Below are positions 34,401 to 41,639 of a stretch of 63,732 nucleotides of DNA, piece after piece. The position numbers and the translations under genes were made by a program. Every line of letters begins with the position of its first letter. Within the stretch, counting starts at the first letter, position 1. Origin of the DNA: a virus (taxonomy: Duplodnaviria > Caudoviricetes); IMG/VR virus record IMGVR_UViG_3300036770_004125, positions 1 to 63,732 of that record; one strand, 5' to 3'. A model generated the notes under the pieces. The model made no database searches. It was given only the letters and a program-made list of their open reading frames with translations, and was not told where the DNA came from.

Positions 34401-34501
34401 TATTGAGATAGAAACTCAGATACAAGAGGATATTCTTCTCTTATAAATTCTGGAAGTTGATTTTCAATAATTGAACTAATTTTAATTCTGTTTTCTAGCA
34501 T
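25481..34501 (-). CDS. g7: Baseplate wedge initiator gp7-like, N-terminal part
   Basis: 3006 aa starting ENQLPEFIREEYP; SKGTEGSFKILF, HSPIIGWAYDGNPIYGPYG, DSDYYQYFSY; follows g6. Confidence 0.8.
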   Translation of the reverse strand: MLENRIKISSIIENQLPEFIREEYPLVSEFLSQYYLSLESQGSASDIIQNIDNYIKIDNLTNLTEFTNLNADLTLFDTEILVDSTEGFPDSYGLLLIDDEIITYTNKTSSSFLGCIRGFSGITSLKDNIREDQLIFTESESSEHLSIVSEEKTKVFNLSILFLKEFFIKIKKQIVPGLENKDFYESLNERLFIKQSNNLYTSKGTEGSFKILFGALYGVIPKIILPRDYLIQPSDAQFRVTQDLVVESVSGDPLELINGTLYQDKDSSGIFSDSRGTISDVKRISRNGKIYYTISLDSGYDKDIDVFGSIKSDFKIHPKTILTSRVFPNLTYLDVDSTIGFPDSGELVVDLNLEGDFETRYIITYTSKVINQFLGCSGIPSIEIPEGTEVKINNYAYGFNSNNEEVRVRITGVISGIDSFNTNAYYEQGDVISIKTLGEDCKGVRENNWFFNISTNYDIKSIEDLSPTQNTNILDLKITLFDNHNFVKGDELEIFFSTNTKYYGIVSEINNSKQIISKVTKINPENEQEFPSLSLASKIRKRISKLNVNQNTVFNSDPDTIETYKTYNTNVQNTYIDFDNSLYVSSSSLPSYLNTPINIDDFSYRFVDVTLPESNEIIVIDSITTGNSNVLNHSYYTGDAIIFRPSPESNIKIDGVGLTTSVYYVKVEDTNTIKLSRSKENIFKENYITITGNLNQSRLELLRFADVNLNSFKLKSQNLFKKITKTELVSDRKETDNGTTGIFVNGVELLNYKSTDKIFYGPIEEIVVTSQGNDYDVINPPQLSVTDLIGTGCNAYCSVIGELKRIDVIDPGFDYIEEPKITISGGNGFGAQAKVRLIDSINSPEFNSQTVDITNNIIDFSEHHRFKNYERVIYTTNNQKSVLGINTNSEYYVSIVDSFKVKLHNSLQDAISGINTVIFYEEGFGVHSFRSTSSNKKISSVEIISSGIGYQNKKTKISGISTASDTLTIVNHGYSDGEIIVYYPQNSPIVGLTSSQSYYVTKISNNEVKLSETGPDNNPQLYFNNKKYINFTINPESFNHYFNYPPITVILNGKVGTSSTLAQEYYGKVVPVFRGKIQSVFVENGGVGYGSPDIINFDRQPSISLLEGSGAQLTPIIDNGAIKKVIIQSPGLNYKGVPDIIINGDGFGAVLVPVVSNGSIVEVKVISGGFGYTQKGTFLSVLVPGNNAKFKSIIKSWRINLVEKYIKKEKIYSDDGIIINGLNGLQYVHLYPSRSLRSSVYLKTSENTNQNYIADLQLDTSNKEINSIIHSPIIGWAYDGNPIYGPYGFASGNSGPIKLMKSGYTKKSTRLFGPSAEIYPLGFFIEDYEFTNSGDLDESNGRYCKTPEFPDGTYAYFSTFTERTGEGPFLNYKTPVFPYVIGNFYRSEQIQFNFNQQTILDETIFGDKKLLRNTTPYNLLNDRSGYEYIPKPFEDKKQDLEVEFTTSGTIDFINIVNPGDDYKVRDPIIFDDGFINGRVTKIKGKNISSITSYTTTTDIFEFYPYEITGEFIGISSVPHNLYNNSLVTLTSKYEYKKVDRIQVIQNTLSLAEDVNDVNVTGFVTSFRIYGDLDFIIKENDLYSIGSEVVKILNVDRVNYQLRVLRSVNSSISTSHSAGDELTSLSRKVIFNTGITSNFHNYRANDEYYFDPKISVGLGLTSGVGISSTLFFSVNAFNTPITIEKGVETTIYFKNQSDISKYSSGGYVDIVNASNVEYNTTRKEIVSIGSTLIKIDFDSSSFPGTVITANLNKWNVLNIPTKSIYLPKNRINTNDKLIYNSYEGSPISISIDSVNSFELESNSVVYAVRLSDDLIGISTQPVSINEDGEVSGIGTTTNSIVYFSGIGTNTYHSFKTDYPNILSGVLSQNISIVSTSEPHELTLEEIVDINVESGISTTIKLIYNEENRRFVVNPRIVEDINLENNTLQISNHKFKTGEKLIYTEDSPIGGLVNNKMYYAVIIDTNTIGLCDNLFESRKELPNLIDLTSLGQGKLSLINPRIEIIKYQDIIFDVSDSSLSYGSGQLSKSAFDLKLFYDKNFKNEFGTFDLIKSGSIGIGSTSTITLKTKNLPNDLYYSLIPIDLLNTPPNKKEIYIDKEQIEHNKILLINSEIQGKQQIIDYTTNTFLFNTTNPVESLVYDSDNSIISYETDSPNTSGGISKVSVNNSKKLYKKVPKVKEIISENGSGAILEIFTSTIGNVSSNNVKIKDIGFNYSLDTTVRPKCIFPSILKILPFNTFDYIEVTSRGKNYISNPDLIVLDGITNEVVDDVQLKYDIDSNKVSIIQNTKGISELEPSIIPINNDNGFLINDIFYDNISKDVTVILEGQYNDPSTFPFSIGEEVLIENVSVESENDKGYNSENYGYRLFKIKTLTPNFGGSGANFTYSLENLLGSEEIPGDYDTRFSKGTVIPKNYLPEFNSNLKVIEFSKDETVVSSNNSGIVKGWDNENNYLKVISNKDFTVGDILVGQSSNVKAIIENIISFDTYLDIKSNATVKQGWKLETGFLNNNNQRIYDSDYYQYFSYSVESPIDINKWNDVVGNITHTSGFKRFSDLLVQDENFNTGISTSQDLGNYYSESVSSEFINFNCVHDFDLVSENYFITNNKIKSNEIYFDSRILQDYIESIGNRVLVIDDISDKFTTTEPRNFQVIDNFELADIRYKKYFVYVYDILDPTRSECLLVSLLHDDVNGFLNQYAIISSEDSLGYFDFQTEIDRFGQLLYYPSITERKIYKYNTFSFGIGDTLVGVGNTTLEIGDIAKIQYVNTIIAENETDPISLPGISTSQRSYKILITISDKEDSYYQFDEISLLHNNTDVLINDYGDLNNTNFSSSHTSGIVTFSSSIESNELVLKLHPSVGVGNSLFVNAIITSIDSTNTTEGSLDILGNDLTSNFISTSMTGGTPEEKLVFNHSTRYSATYNIILIEDKTNNKFEFIEMTTLLNNSIQESLVVEYGVLNFDGSIGEFTSEINNTNGNFELYFTPYEDISYEIKILSSIIGINSQDGVTTV

Positions 34502-34502
34502 T

Positions 34503-36404
34503 TTAACTTCTTACAAGATCTCCATTTGTATAACTTGATGTAATGATAAAATCTGATCCGGAAATATTAGAACCAGATGATATATTATCAGAAATCATAT
34601 TAACTATACTATTATTAATATCTATCACGATGTACAATTCGTTTTTTCCAATAATATCATTTGACCTAGGTGTTACTGATATTTGAATTACCGAATCTTC
34701 CCCATTAATTTTTGAGGTTCTTGAGATATTTACTGGATTTAAATTAATATCACCCTTTTCATAATCAATTGTTCCAACATTTCTTCTTACAATTTCGTAT
34801 TCAGTGTCACTTATTAATCTAAAAAATGAAATTGATCCAGTTTTTCCATCAGAATTTGGAAAATCTGTCATGTACAAGGTATTAGAATTACCATTAACAT
34901 TAAATCCAGAAGATTTAATGTTAAATCCTCTTTGATTTGCATATATTGGATTTCCATAGCAAATTAAATAACTAGCAAATTTGTTTATAGAGATTTTTAC
35001 GTCTCTTCTCACTTTAATTTTTGTAATATTTGAAGTTATTGCTTGATTGCTATCATCAATTAGTTTTAAAAATTTACTATATTTAAATCTAGCTGCATAA
35101 TTATTTAAATTTTCTTTTGAATATTTGACAATATTATTCATAATAATAGTTTTTAATTCACTTGGTTCTGAAAATAAATTTTGATTGTAGTATACTGAAC
35201 TATCAATTTCAATATAAAGAAATTTCAAATCAAGTATTTCTGTAACTATTCCTGCTACACTATATTTTCTTAATTCTCTTTTAAGATTATCTTTTATTAA
35301 ATTTGGAACAAATGGCCCAAATTTTGGTTTTATTGATATAAAAACCTTACCAAAATTTGGAGGATCTAATTCTTCTCCACCAAAAGCAGAAACAGTTTCA
35401 GTTTCTGGATAAATTCTTGGAATTAATGCCTCATAGTCATTTGCAGTTACTGCTCTATTTTGAGAAGAATAAATTCTTGGAGCATAATTTCGGATTGAAT
35501 TTACAGATTCAAGTTCACTTCCACTTTGAGATGGAGAAATTGTAGTAACCAAAGAAATTCCACTAAAAACACGATTGTTATTATTAGTAACTATTCTGCC
35601 AGCAAAATTGAATGATGATATTCCATTTCCAGATTCTCCATTAGTAACCACATATGAAGCATCAATATAATTTTGATTATCTAATTTCTTCCCAAAAATA
35701 TCATCACCAAATATTAATTCATATCTTTGATCTTCTATTTCTTGAATAAAGAATACTTTTGATTTGGGAGTTACATCAAATAAATTATTAGATAATGTAA
35801 ATTTTCTTTTTATTGTACTCGTTTGAGTATCACTAACATTAATTCTAATAGTTGATGTATCAATATTTGCATTATTCAAAATAAATTTTTGATTTGGATT
35901 ATTTGCATCTACAGTAAAATTTTGTGTAATATATACACCCTCTACTACCTGAATATTATCAAATAATGCAACATTGCCGACTACTGGAACTGTAATATCA
36001 TCTGTGATTGAAAATGTATAACTTTGATTTCCAAAGGTATTTGAAGTGCAGACAAGACCCTTTTTGAGAGTTAGACTTACAGGATTCTCAGTCAATAAGG
36101 TAGTATCTACAAAGAATGAAATTGATGCTCTTGATGCTGTTCTTGATCTGGGAACATATCCGATGTTTCGTGCGAGAGAAACAACATTTTCACGAAGAGT
36201 AGCACTATCAATAAAAACCTCATTGCTAATCATATTAGCATTATATGAGGTTATATAAGTGTTATATGCTAAAACATCAATTAGAGTGGATAAATTTGAT
36301 CCTTCAAAGTCATAGTCAGTAAAATTTGAATTCGCTCGTAAATACTCACGAATAGTGCTTTTTATCTGATCAAAATCTAAATTAGTAAAGTTAACTAATG
36401 CCAT
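34503..36404 (-). CDS. g6: Baseplate wedge subunit (gp6)
   Basis: LDFDQIK...FTDYDFEGS, DSATLRENVVS, QNRAVTANDY. Confidence 0.96.
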   Translation of the reverse strand: MALVNFTNLDFDQIKSTIREYLRANSNFTDYDFEGSNLSTLIDVLAYNTYITSYNANMISNEVFIDSATLRENVVSLARNIGYVPRSRTASRASISFFVDTTLLTENPVSLTLKKGLVCTSNTFGNQSYTFSITDDITVPVVGNVALFDNIQVVEGVYITQNFTVDANNPNQKFILNNANIDTSTIRINVSDTQTSTIKRKFTLSNNLFDVTPKSKVFFIQEIEDQRYELIFGDDIFGKKLDNQNYIDASYVVTNGESGNGISSFNFAGRIVTNNNNRVFSGISLVTTISPSQSGSELESVNSIRNYAPRIYSSQNRAVTANDYEALIPRIYPETETVSAFGGEELDPPNFGKVFISIKPKFGPFVPNLIKDNLKRELRKYSVAGIVTEILDLKFLYIEIDSSVYYNQNLFSEPSELKTIIMNNIVKYSKENLNNYAARFKYSKFLKLIDDSNQAITSNITKIKVRRDVKISINKFASYLICYGNPIYANQRGFNIKSSGFNVNGNSNTLYMTDFPNSDGKTGSISFFRLISDTEYEIVRRNVGTIDYEKGDINLNPVNISRTSKINGEDSVIQISVTPRSNDIIGKNELYIVIDINNSIVNMISDNISSGSNISGSDFIITSSYTNGDLVRS

Positions 36405-36805
36405 TATCGTGTTGGCTGAAGTGCGAATGATAACTGTTGTGGAAGAACATCAATTCCTACAATTCTATATTGTATTGTTACATTAAATTCATTTTCTTCA
36501 TAATTTGGAGAAACTATCACATCAATTAATTGTACTCTTGGTTCATAATTATTAATCGTGTTAATGATCTCATCCTGAATAATTGATGCTGATAGCCCAT
36601 CAATATTTTCAAATAGGGTTTTACCTACTCGTGATCCCAGATTTTCATTAAAAAATCGTTCTCCTGGTTGGGTAAGTATAAGATTTCTCACCGATCTTGC
36701 AATTGCAGTCTCATTTCTGAGCGCAATTAGATCAAAATTCAGGGGATTTACCTGAAAAGTCATGCTTAAATCTTTAAATCCTTTACTTACCCTTTCTAAA
36801 GGCAT
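36404..36805 (-). CDS. g25: Baseplate wedge subunit (gp25)
   Basis: SVRNLILTQPGERFF and INNYEPRV. Confidence 0.95.
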   Translation of the reverse strand: MPLERVSKGFKDLSMTFQVNPLNFDLIALRNETAIARSVRNLILTQPGERFFNENLGSRVGKTLFENIDGLSASIIQDEIINTINNYEPRVQLIDVIVSPNYEENEFNVTIQYRIVGIDVLPQQLSFALQPTR

Positions 36806-36824
36806 GAATTGTTATAAATCTATC

Positions 36825-37583
36825 TTATTTATTCATTTTATAAAAGGGTTCTGTACCATATTCCCAGTCATCATAGTCGTCATCATTACGAATTTTCTCA
36901 TGAATTTCATTTTGAATGGAAAAATCATGCTTTTTGGGCACCATATCGTCATTTGCGATCTCACGAAGCATCTTTTTAGATTCAACTTTGGATTCCCAAC
37001 CATATTCACTTGACAAATATTGGGTTCCCCAGGCAGATTTCATGAAATCTTGGTCTTTGTCTACTTTTTTGGTCATTTTTAACTCCTGATTTTGTAAATC
37101 AGAACTTTTTACGGGGTTGCTATCCCGTGTTTTAATGACATCATAATCATTTTCCAGTATTTCTTGCAAATAATCATCCTCCCAAAGGTCATAATAGGAG
37201 GTTTTTGCTAATTTTTCTCTAAATTTTCTTAATTTTTGTGTTGGTTGACCTAAAATCAGATTATATTTTCCATTATTAGTCTGAACACCATTTATATAAG
37301 TGTCATATGACTTACAATCCTCAAAAAACTTCCAAGAAGGATACTTTTTATTATAAATGTCCACCCAATTTAAAATTTGCTCATGAGTTAACTCAGATTC
37401 AACAATGTAAATGATCACATCATACTCTGATTCTGGTATAATTTCACTCGCACTACATTGAATAATTTTGTATTTGGATTGAGAGGCAAACGGACAGATC
37501 GCAAATCCATTTAATTCTTTTCTTATTTGAGAGACACGATGAATCCAATGTAAAACATAAGACTCTGTATCAGAAAAGGACAT
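36825..37583 (-). CDS. Hypothetical protein, probably two in-frame cistrons (second ATG at 37076)
   Basis: 252-aa ORF; an internal AGGAG-N7-ATG at 37076 starts MTKKVDKDQ (83 aa). Confidence 0.6.
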   Translation of the reverse strand: MSFSDTESYVLHWIHRVSQIRKELNGFAICPFASQSKYKIIQCSASEIIPESEYDVIIYIVESELTHEQILNWVDIYNKKYPSWKFFEDCKSYDTYINGVQTNNGKYNLILGQPTQKLRKFREKLAKTSYYDLWEDDYLQEILENDYDVIKTRDSNPVKSSDLQNQELKMTKKVDKDQDFMKSAWGTQYLSSEYGWESKVESKKMLREIANDDMVPKKHDFSIQNEIHEKIRNDDDYDDWEYGTEPFYKMNK

Positions 37584-37591
37584 AAAGACAT

Positions 37592-37622
37592 AAAAAAAGT
37601 GCTCATACTATATAAGCACTTT
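37592..37622 (-). terminator. Rho-independent terminator
   Basis: AAAGTGCT...AGCACTTT stem followed by a T7 tract on the minus strand. Confidence 0.55.
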
Positions 37623-37629
37623 GTAAGTT

Positions 37630-37770
37630 TTATTTTCCCTGACCCCTATATTTTTTTCTTGCACCATTCCGAGAGGTAGCGGCATACTTTGTGTGCTTCC
37701 CAAGACCCTGACGGGTAGACTTGGGTTTTGATTCAATTTGCTGTCCGTTTAGATTCGGTCGTTTTGCCAT
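37630..37770 (-). CDS. Small basic hypothetical protein
   Basis: Read manually: MAKRPNLNGQQIESKPKSTRQGLGKHTKYAATSRNGARKKYRGQGK (46 aa), preceded by a GGAG RBS. Confidence 0.7.
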   Translation of the reverse strand: MAKRPNLNGQQIESKPKSTRQGLGKHTKYAATSRNGARKKYRGQGK

Positions 37771-37825
37771 TCAAAGTCTCCTTTCAAACTATAAGTATCA
37801 TACTACAAAGTTATTTGCATGTCAA

Positions 37826-38593
37826 TCAGATCACACGAGTCTTTTCGTGTCCAACTCTGATACGAGGATCACACCAAATCTCAAATCCTGCCTCTTTTGC
37901 ATCAAGACAGAAAGAAACATCCTCTCCACACATATCCTGAACTGCACCAGATTCAAAGACTTGCATCTTTGGCGCAAACCAAGGATATTCAAGATTTTCA
38001 AAGACTCCATTTTTAATTAGAACCCAACCAAATCCAGTATAATCAACTGTAAATGGTTTCTTTCTCTTTGAAAGACTTTCAACGGTCTCATGATTCATGA
38101 CACCACCATTACTACGAAAATCATCTTCTTCCAACCAGTGAGCAACTGATGAGGTGTGACCATCTTCGGTTGCATACCATCCAGCAGAAATTGGTCTTTC
38201 ATCACCTTCTGCAGGTAGTGCTAGATCGCAAAGTTGCCAGAATTTTTCAGTATTGAATACAATATCACTATCAATCCAGAGTTGATAGTCATAATTCAGT
38301 TTTCCATCCCAAGGAATTTGTTTTGGGCCCCTGAGAACATTCGCCCCGAGTACTTTGCATCTTGCAAAGTTTACCATGGATGAGTAATCTTGTGAGATTT
38401 GAATACTCATACCATTTTGAACGAGATCAAAACAGAGTTGTACGAATGCCTTGAGAAATATAAAGGAACATCCTCGTCCAGGAAGACAGAAGACGATTGA
38501 TTTTCCTCTCATTCTTTCTTTGATTGCATCAAAGTCCCATTCTTGTTCTTTGGGTTTTGGTGCAGTTGCTTTTACAGTGAATCCTTTTGCCAT
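37826..38593 (-). CDS. GT-A fold glycosyltransferase-like protein
   Basis: DxD motif (LWIDSD), TGFGWVLI, GEDVSFC, VGHEK. Confidence 0.75.
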   Translation of the reverse strand: MAKGFTVKATAPKPKEQEWDFDAIKERMRGKSIVFCLPGRGCSFIFLKAFVQLCFDLVQNGMSIQISQDYSSMVNFARCKVLGANVLRGPKQIPWDGKLNYDYQLWIDSDIVFNTEKFWQLCDLALPAEGDERPISAGWYATEDGHTSSVAHWLEEDDFRSNGGVMNHETVESLSKRKKPFTVDYTGFGWVLIKNGVFENLEYPWFAPKMQVFESGAVQDMCGEDVSFCLDAKEAGFEIWCDPRIRVGHEKTRVI

Positions 38594-38642
38594 AAAATTA
38601 ATAAAACCTCAGATCAATTTTAACAGTCTATATATCATTCTG

Positions 38643-38828
38643 TCAATGAGAAGAATTTAGAGAAATCTCTTTATCTAAGACAATCTCCTCATATGAAAGG
38701 TCTGCATTGTCCGTTATAAATCCTGCAAGTTGATTCAGAGAACTCCAGAGATTATTGAATTCGTCCTCATTGAGTGAATGGAAAATGCATCTATTGTCAG
38801 AGTATATGTGATATATTTTCTGTTTCAT
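38643..38828 (-). CDS. Hypothetical protein
   Basis: 61-aa ORF, co-oriented and tightly packed. Confidence 0.65.
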   Translation of the reverse strand: MKQKIYHIYSDNRCIFHSLNEDEFNNLWSSLNQLAGFITDNADLSYEEIVLDKEISLNSSH

Positions 38829-38830
38829 GT

Positions 38831-39013
38831 TTACTTCGTGACTGCATTATATATCATGACGATCAGAAATCCGATGGGCAGTCCGATAATTCTCAGAGTT
38901 TGTTTTGGATAACGAATTAACCACCCAGCAAGCACCGCCCTCCAAAAATTCCAATAGGGGGTTTTTCGTGAATTTTTTTGCCGGGCGATTTTTTTATATA
39001 CAGGGTAGTTCAT
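38831..39013 (-). CDS. Small membrane protein
   Basis: PYWNFWRAVLAGWLIRYP followed by a hydrophobic helix. Confidence 0.65.
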   Translation of the reverse strand: MNYPVYKKIARQKNSRKTPYWNFWRAVLAGWLIRYPKQTLRIIGLPIGFLIVMIYNAVTK

Positions 39014-39255
39014 TTTCTTTTTTCGTTTGATATCTTATGTGTCTTATTTACTTTTGTAGGTTAGGGGATCCATTGATTTTTTATGGGGTCGCATGGGTTT
39101 TTACATTAGCATTACTAATCGTTCACATACTGTCATATAAGACGAACGAATGCATCAGTATCGCTAATGGGTCACACACTGTTACATAAGACGAACTAAT
39201 AGGTATAATTTGCGAGGGTGCTAAGCATAAAGAACTCAGCACCCCTAAGTGTAGC

Positions 39256-39420
39256 CTACTGTCTGTCCAGTTTCTCCTCAATAAAGACCATAAGTTCCCC
39301 GAGGTCAATTCTACAATCCTGCCAGCGAATGGCGGAACCGTACTCACTCAGGAACTCCTCAGCAACGTTGCAGCAGTTGGCAAAGTTGAACGCTTGGGAG
39401 TAAGGAATGGTGCCGAACAT
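39256..39420 (-). CDS. Hypothetical protein
   Basis: Read manually: MFGTIPYSQAFNFANCC...EEKLDRQ (54 aa). Confidence 0.6.
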   Translation of the reverse strand: MFGTIPYSQAFNFANCCNVAEEFLSEYGSAIRWQDCRIDLGELMVFIEEKLDRQ

Positions 39421-39443
39421 GAGAATCAAGAGAGTGTGAAAGT

Positions 39444-39473
39444 GAGGCAGTTTAGTGTCATGCCTCAGGACAG
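39444..39473 (-). ncRNA. H-type pseudoknot motif, copy 1 of 4 (others at 44068-44095, 46607-46634, 46860-46887)
   Basis: TGTC-CTGAGGCAT-GACA-CTAAAC-TGCCTC; stems covary between copies. Confidence 0.6.
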
Positions 39474-39485
39474 AATTTGTAGAAA

Positions 39486-39656
39486 CTAGTACCCTGCCAC
39501 GGCGGCGGCAGTTTCTACGATTGCCTCAGTGCTCACGCCCCAGTGAATATAGGGCGAAGGGCGGGAACCGTTACGCTCCTGATCAGCGGTGATGACCCAC
39601 TTGAGAGTGCGGGTGGCAAGGTCGGAGCAGGGAGTGTAGAGGGCGAAGATCGGCAT
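39486..39656 (-). CDS. Cassette ORF, hypothetical
   Basis: MPIFALYTPCSDLATRTLKWV... (56 aa), downstream of TAGAAT at 39681-39686. Confidence 0.6.
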   Translation of the reverse strand: MPIFALYTPCSDLATRTLKWVITADQERNGSRPSPYIHWGVSTEAIVETAAAVAGY

Positions 39657-39680
39657 CGGTCTCTTGCGGTTGACTCTTGA

Positions 39681-39742
39681 ATTCTACAGGATAGGAGGGG
39701 ATTTGGGAACCCCCCCCTTGTGCCAGTTGTCAGACTGCCACC
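39681..39742 (-). promoter_or_regulatory. Representative cassette promoter: palindrome, GC-rich spacer, -10 box
   Basis: Minus strand AACTGGCACA-N32-TAGAAT with no TTGACA at -35; same layout in front of most cassette ORFs. Confidence 0.75.
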
Positions 39743-39972
39743 CAGTAAGTGTTGACCTGAGTAGGGGTCGCCTCACCGATCTCCCGCTGCTCTGCCATGA
39801 TCCACTGATCACGAGGGCGGGCGGAACGCCAACCCATCAACTGATGGTAGCACTCCTCAAGAGTCCGGGGATAGGCGACGGTGGAGACGATCTTGCCATT
39901 CTTCACCATCGCCACAGCGAACGGGTAGCGGGTGGAGCAGAGGATGGTCTTAAGGGGGGTGGGGTTGGTCAC
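39730..39972 (-). CDS. Cassette ORF, hypothetical
   Basis: 80 aa; stop codon lies inside the palindrome at 39719. Confidence 0.6.
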   Translation of the reverse strand: MTNPTPLKTILCSTRYPFAVAMVKNGKIVSTVAYPRTLEECYHQLMGWRSARPRDQWIMAEQREIGEATPTQVNTYWVAV

Positions 39973-40045
39973 GGGTGGTTCCCTTTGGTTGACTCTTGAA
40001 TTCTACAGGATGGGGGTCGCTTCCGCAACCCCCTCAGTGGGCGGT

Positions 40046-40210
40046 TTAGAAAGCGACCTGAGACCAGTAGAGGTCATAAAGAGCGGCGAGGGTCTCACGC
40101 TCCCGCTGCTGGCGGTAGTGTGCCCAGGACTGATGCTCAACGGGGCGCAGGGCGCGGATGCGGCGGGCGCTGCAGCGCATCGCGTTCTCTGCCCAGGTGT
40201 GGTTGATCAT
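40046..40210 (-). CDS. Cassette ORF, hypothetical
   Basis: MINHTWAENAMRC...; start taken downstream of the -10 box. Confidence 0.55.
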   Translation of the reverse strand: MINHTWAENAMRCSARRIRALRPVEHQSWAHYRQQRERETLAALYDLYWSQVAF

Positions 40211-40292
40211 GGTGTCTCTTGCGTGTTGACTTCTGAATTCTACAGGATGGGGAGACCGTTTCCAATCCCCCCGTGTGCAGGTTAACCAACTG

Positions 40293-40406
40293 TCACAGTT
40301 GACCTTTGCGACCCAGTGCAGCGATCTCAGCAGCGGTGGCGATGAGATCACCCCAGACCCACACCAGTTGGCGGGTGGCGATGTCGCAGGCGGCGGAGAA
40401 AATCAT
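40293..40406 (-). CDS. Cassette ORF, short paralog of 39486..39656
   Basis: MIFSAACDIATRQLVWV... (37 aa); stop codon in the palindrome at 40274. Confidence 0.5.
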   Translation of the reverse strand: MIFSAACDIATRQLVWVWGDLIATAAEIAALGRKGQL

Positions 40407-40475
40407 GGTGTCGTTTGCGTGTTGACTGAATCATTGTAGCAGGTCGGGGGAGGGGGTCAACCCTCCCCGTGGGGA

Positions 40476-40706
40476 TCACGCCCAGGACGGGATCGCCATC
40501 CACGCCTCTGCCTGCCCGATCTCCTCCGCTTCCAGCGCCTCGGCAGCAGCAGCGGGGATCGGGGTGCCAGCATTGAACAGACCCACCAAGATGTCCAGCA
40601 TCACGCCATCATCCCAGCAGTAGCGGTGGTCAATCTCAACCTGGATGCCCTCCCAGAAGGCGACGAAGGCGGGGAAGTCAAAGCAGGTCTCGGTGGTGAC
40701 GGTCAC
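40476..40706 (-). CDS. Cassette ORF, hypothetical
   Basis: 76 aa, GTG start after a TACAAT box. Confidence 0.55.
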   Translation of the reverse strand: MTVTTETCFDFPAFVAFWEGIQVEIDHRYCWDDGVMLDILVGLFNAGTPIPAAAAEALEAEEIGQAEAWMAIPSWA

Positions 40707-40776
40707 GGGTCGCGTTGCGTGTTGACTGAATCATTGTAGCAGGTGGGAGGGCACCGTTGCGGGTGCCCTCTGGGGA

Positions 40777-40956
40777 TCATCCCCCCATCGCCTCTTTAAG
40801 GGCATCGTATGCTGCCAGGTAGTGGTCAGCGTCTTTGTAGTTGCCCTTGATTTGTTCCTCACAGGCAAGGGAAAGCACTGCAACCCGGATGGTGTCCCAC
40901 TTGCCCTGGGGAAGGGTGATGGTGGCGGGGGTGGCGGGGTTCCAGGTGGCGGTCAT
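40777..40956 (-). CDS. Cassette ORF, hypothetical
   Basis: Read manually: MTATWNPATPATITLPQGKWDTIR...EAMGG (59 aa). Confidence 0.6.
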   Translation of the reverse strand: MTATWNPATPATITLPQGKWDTIRVAVLSLACEEQIKGNYKDADHYLAAYDALKEAMGG

Positions 40957-41029
40957 GAGGTCTCTTGCGTTGACTTCTGAATTCTACAGGATGCGGTGGG
41001 GGATCTGAGTCCCCCCTTGTGCCAGTCGC

Positions 41030-41326
41030 TCAACCGTCCACCAACTGCCTAGCGCACTCCTTCATAATACAAACTGCGCCAGCGAGAGTAGGATAGTCTC
41101 CGCATTCTCTCAGGAGTTTGGCACTCTCAGCGGGGACAGGAATTGAGATAGCATCCCAAATCTCAAGCGGAATGTCATTAAAATACTTTTCCTTTGACTG
41201 CTCCAATCGGTGAATTCCGATGTTATTGATCAACCGCAGTTTATGCGCGTTAGTGACAAACTGGGCGTAGTATGCACGATGGACTTGATGACCGCCAGTG
41301 GCAAGATACTCTTTGCGGGTGATCAT
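41030..41326 (-). CDS. Cassette ORF, hypothetical
   Basis: MITRKEYL...HRAYYAQFV...FNDIPLEIWD. Confidence 0.7.
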   Translation of the reverse strand: MITRKEYLATGGHQVHRAYYAQFVTNAHKLRLINNIGIHRLEQSKEKYFNDIPLEIWDAISIPVPAESAKLLRECGDYPTLAGAVCIMKECARQLVDG

Positions 41327-41398
41327 GGTGTGGGTTCGTTTGAACTGAGTCAATTGTAGCGGGTCGGTGGGGGGATCTGAGTCCCCCCGTGTGCCAGT

Positions 41399-41566
41399 TT
41401 AGGCAGTGACCTCCATCCACTCTTGATCGTTGCAGAAGATCACGATGGGGGCACCGTGCAGTTCCACCGACCAGTCGAAGGCAACATCGACTGCGTGATC
41501 CTCAGAGGTGAAGAACTCACGATCCTCGGGGGATGCCTTGGGGGCAGCAGACCAGGAAACGAACAT
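41399..41566 (-). CDS. Cassette ORF, hypothetical
   Basis: MFVSWSAAPK...AVDVAFDWSVE. Confidence 0.6.
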   Translation of the reverse strand: MFVSWSAAPKASPEDREFFTSEDHAVDVAFDWSVELHGAPIVIFCNDQEWMEVTA

Positions 41567-41639
41567 GGGAGGAATCCCTGACGACTCGATCATCCTACAG
41601 CATGGTGGGCACCGTTGGGGGTGCCCAGTTCACAAACTG

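Noticed and set aside
10415-34501. Recurrent GSGY/PGSGYT repeats in gp14, gp7, gp8 and the 2510-aa protein
   Set aside because: These are ordinary repeats in cyanomyophage structural proteins and not novel.
37085-37135. tRNA remnant suggested by the RDSNP translation
   Set aside because: No cloverleaf or GTTCGA T-arm can be built; no tRNA gene was recognised anywhere in the window.
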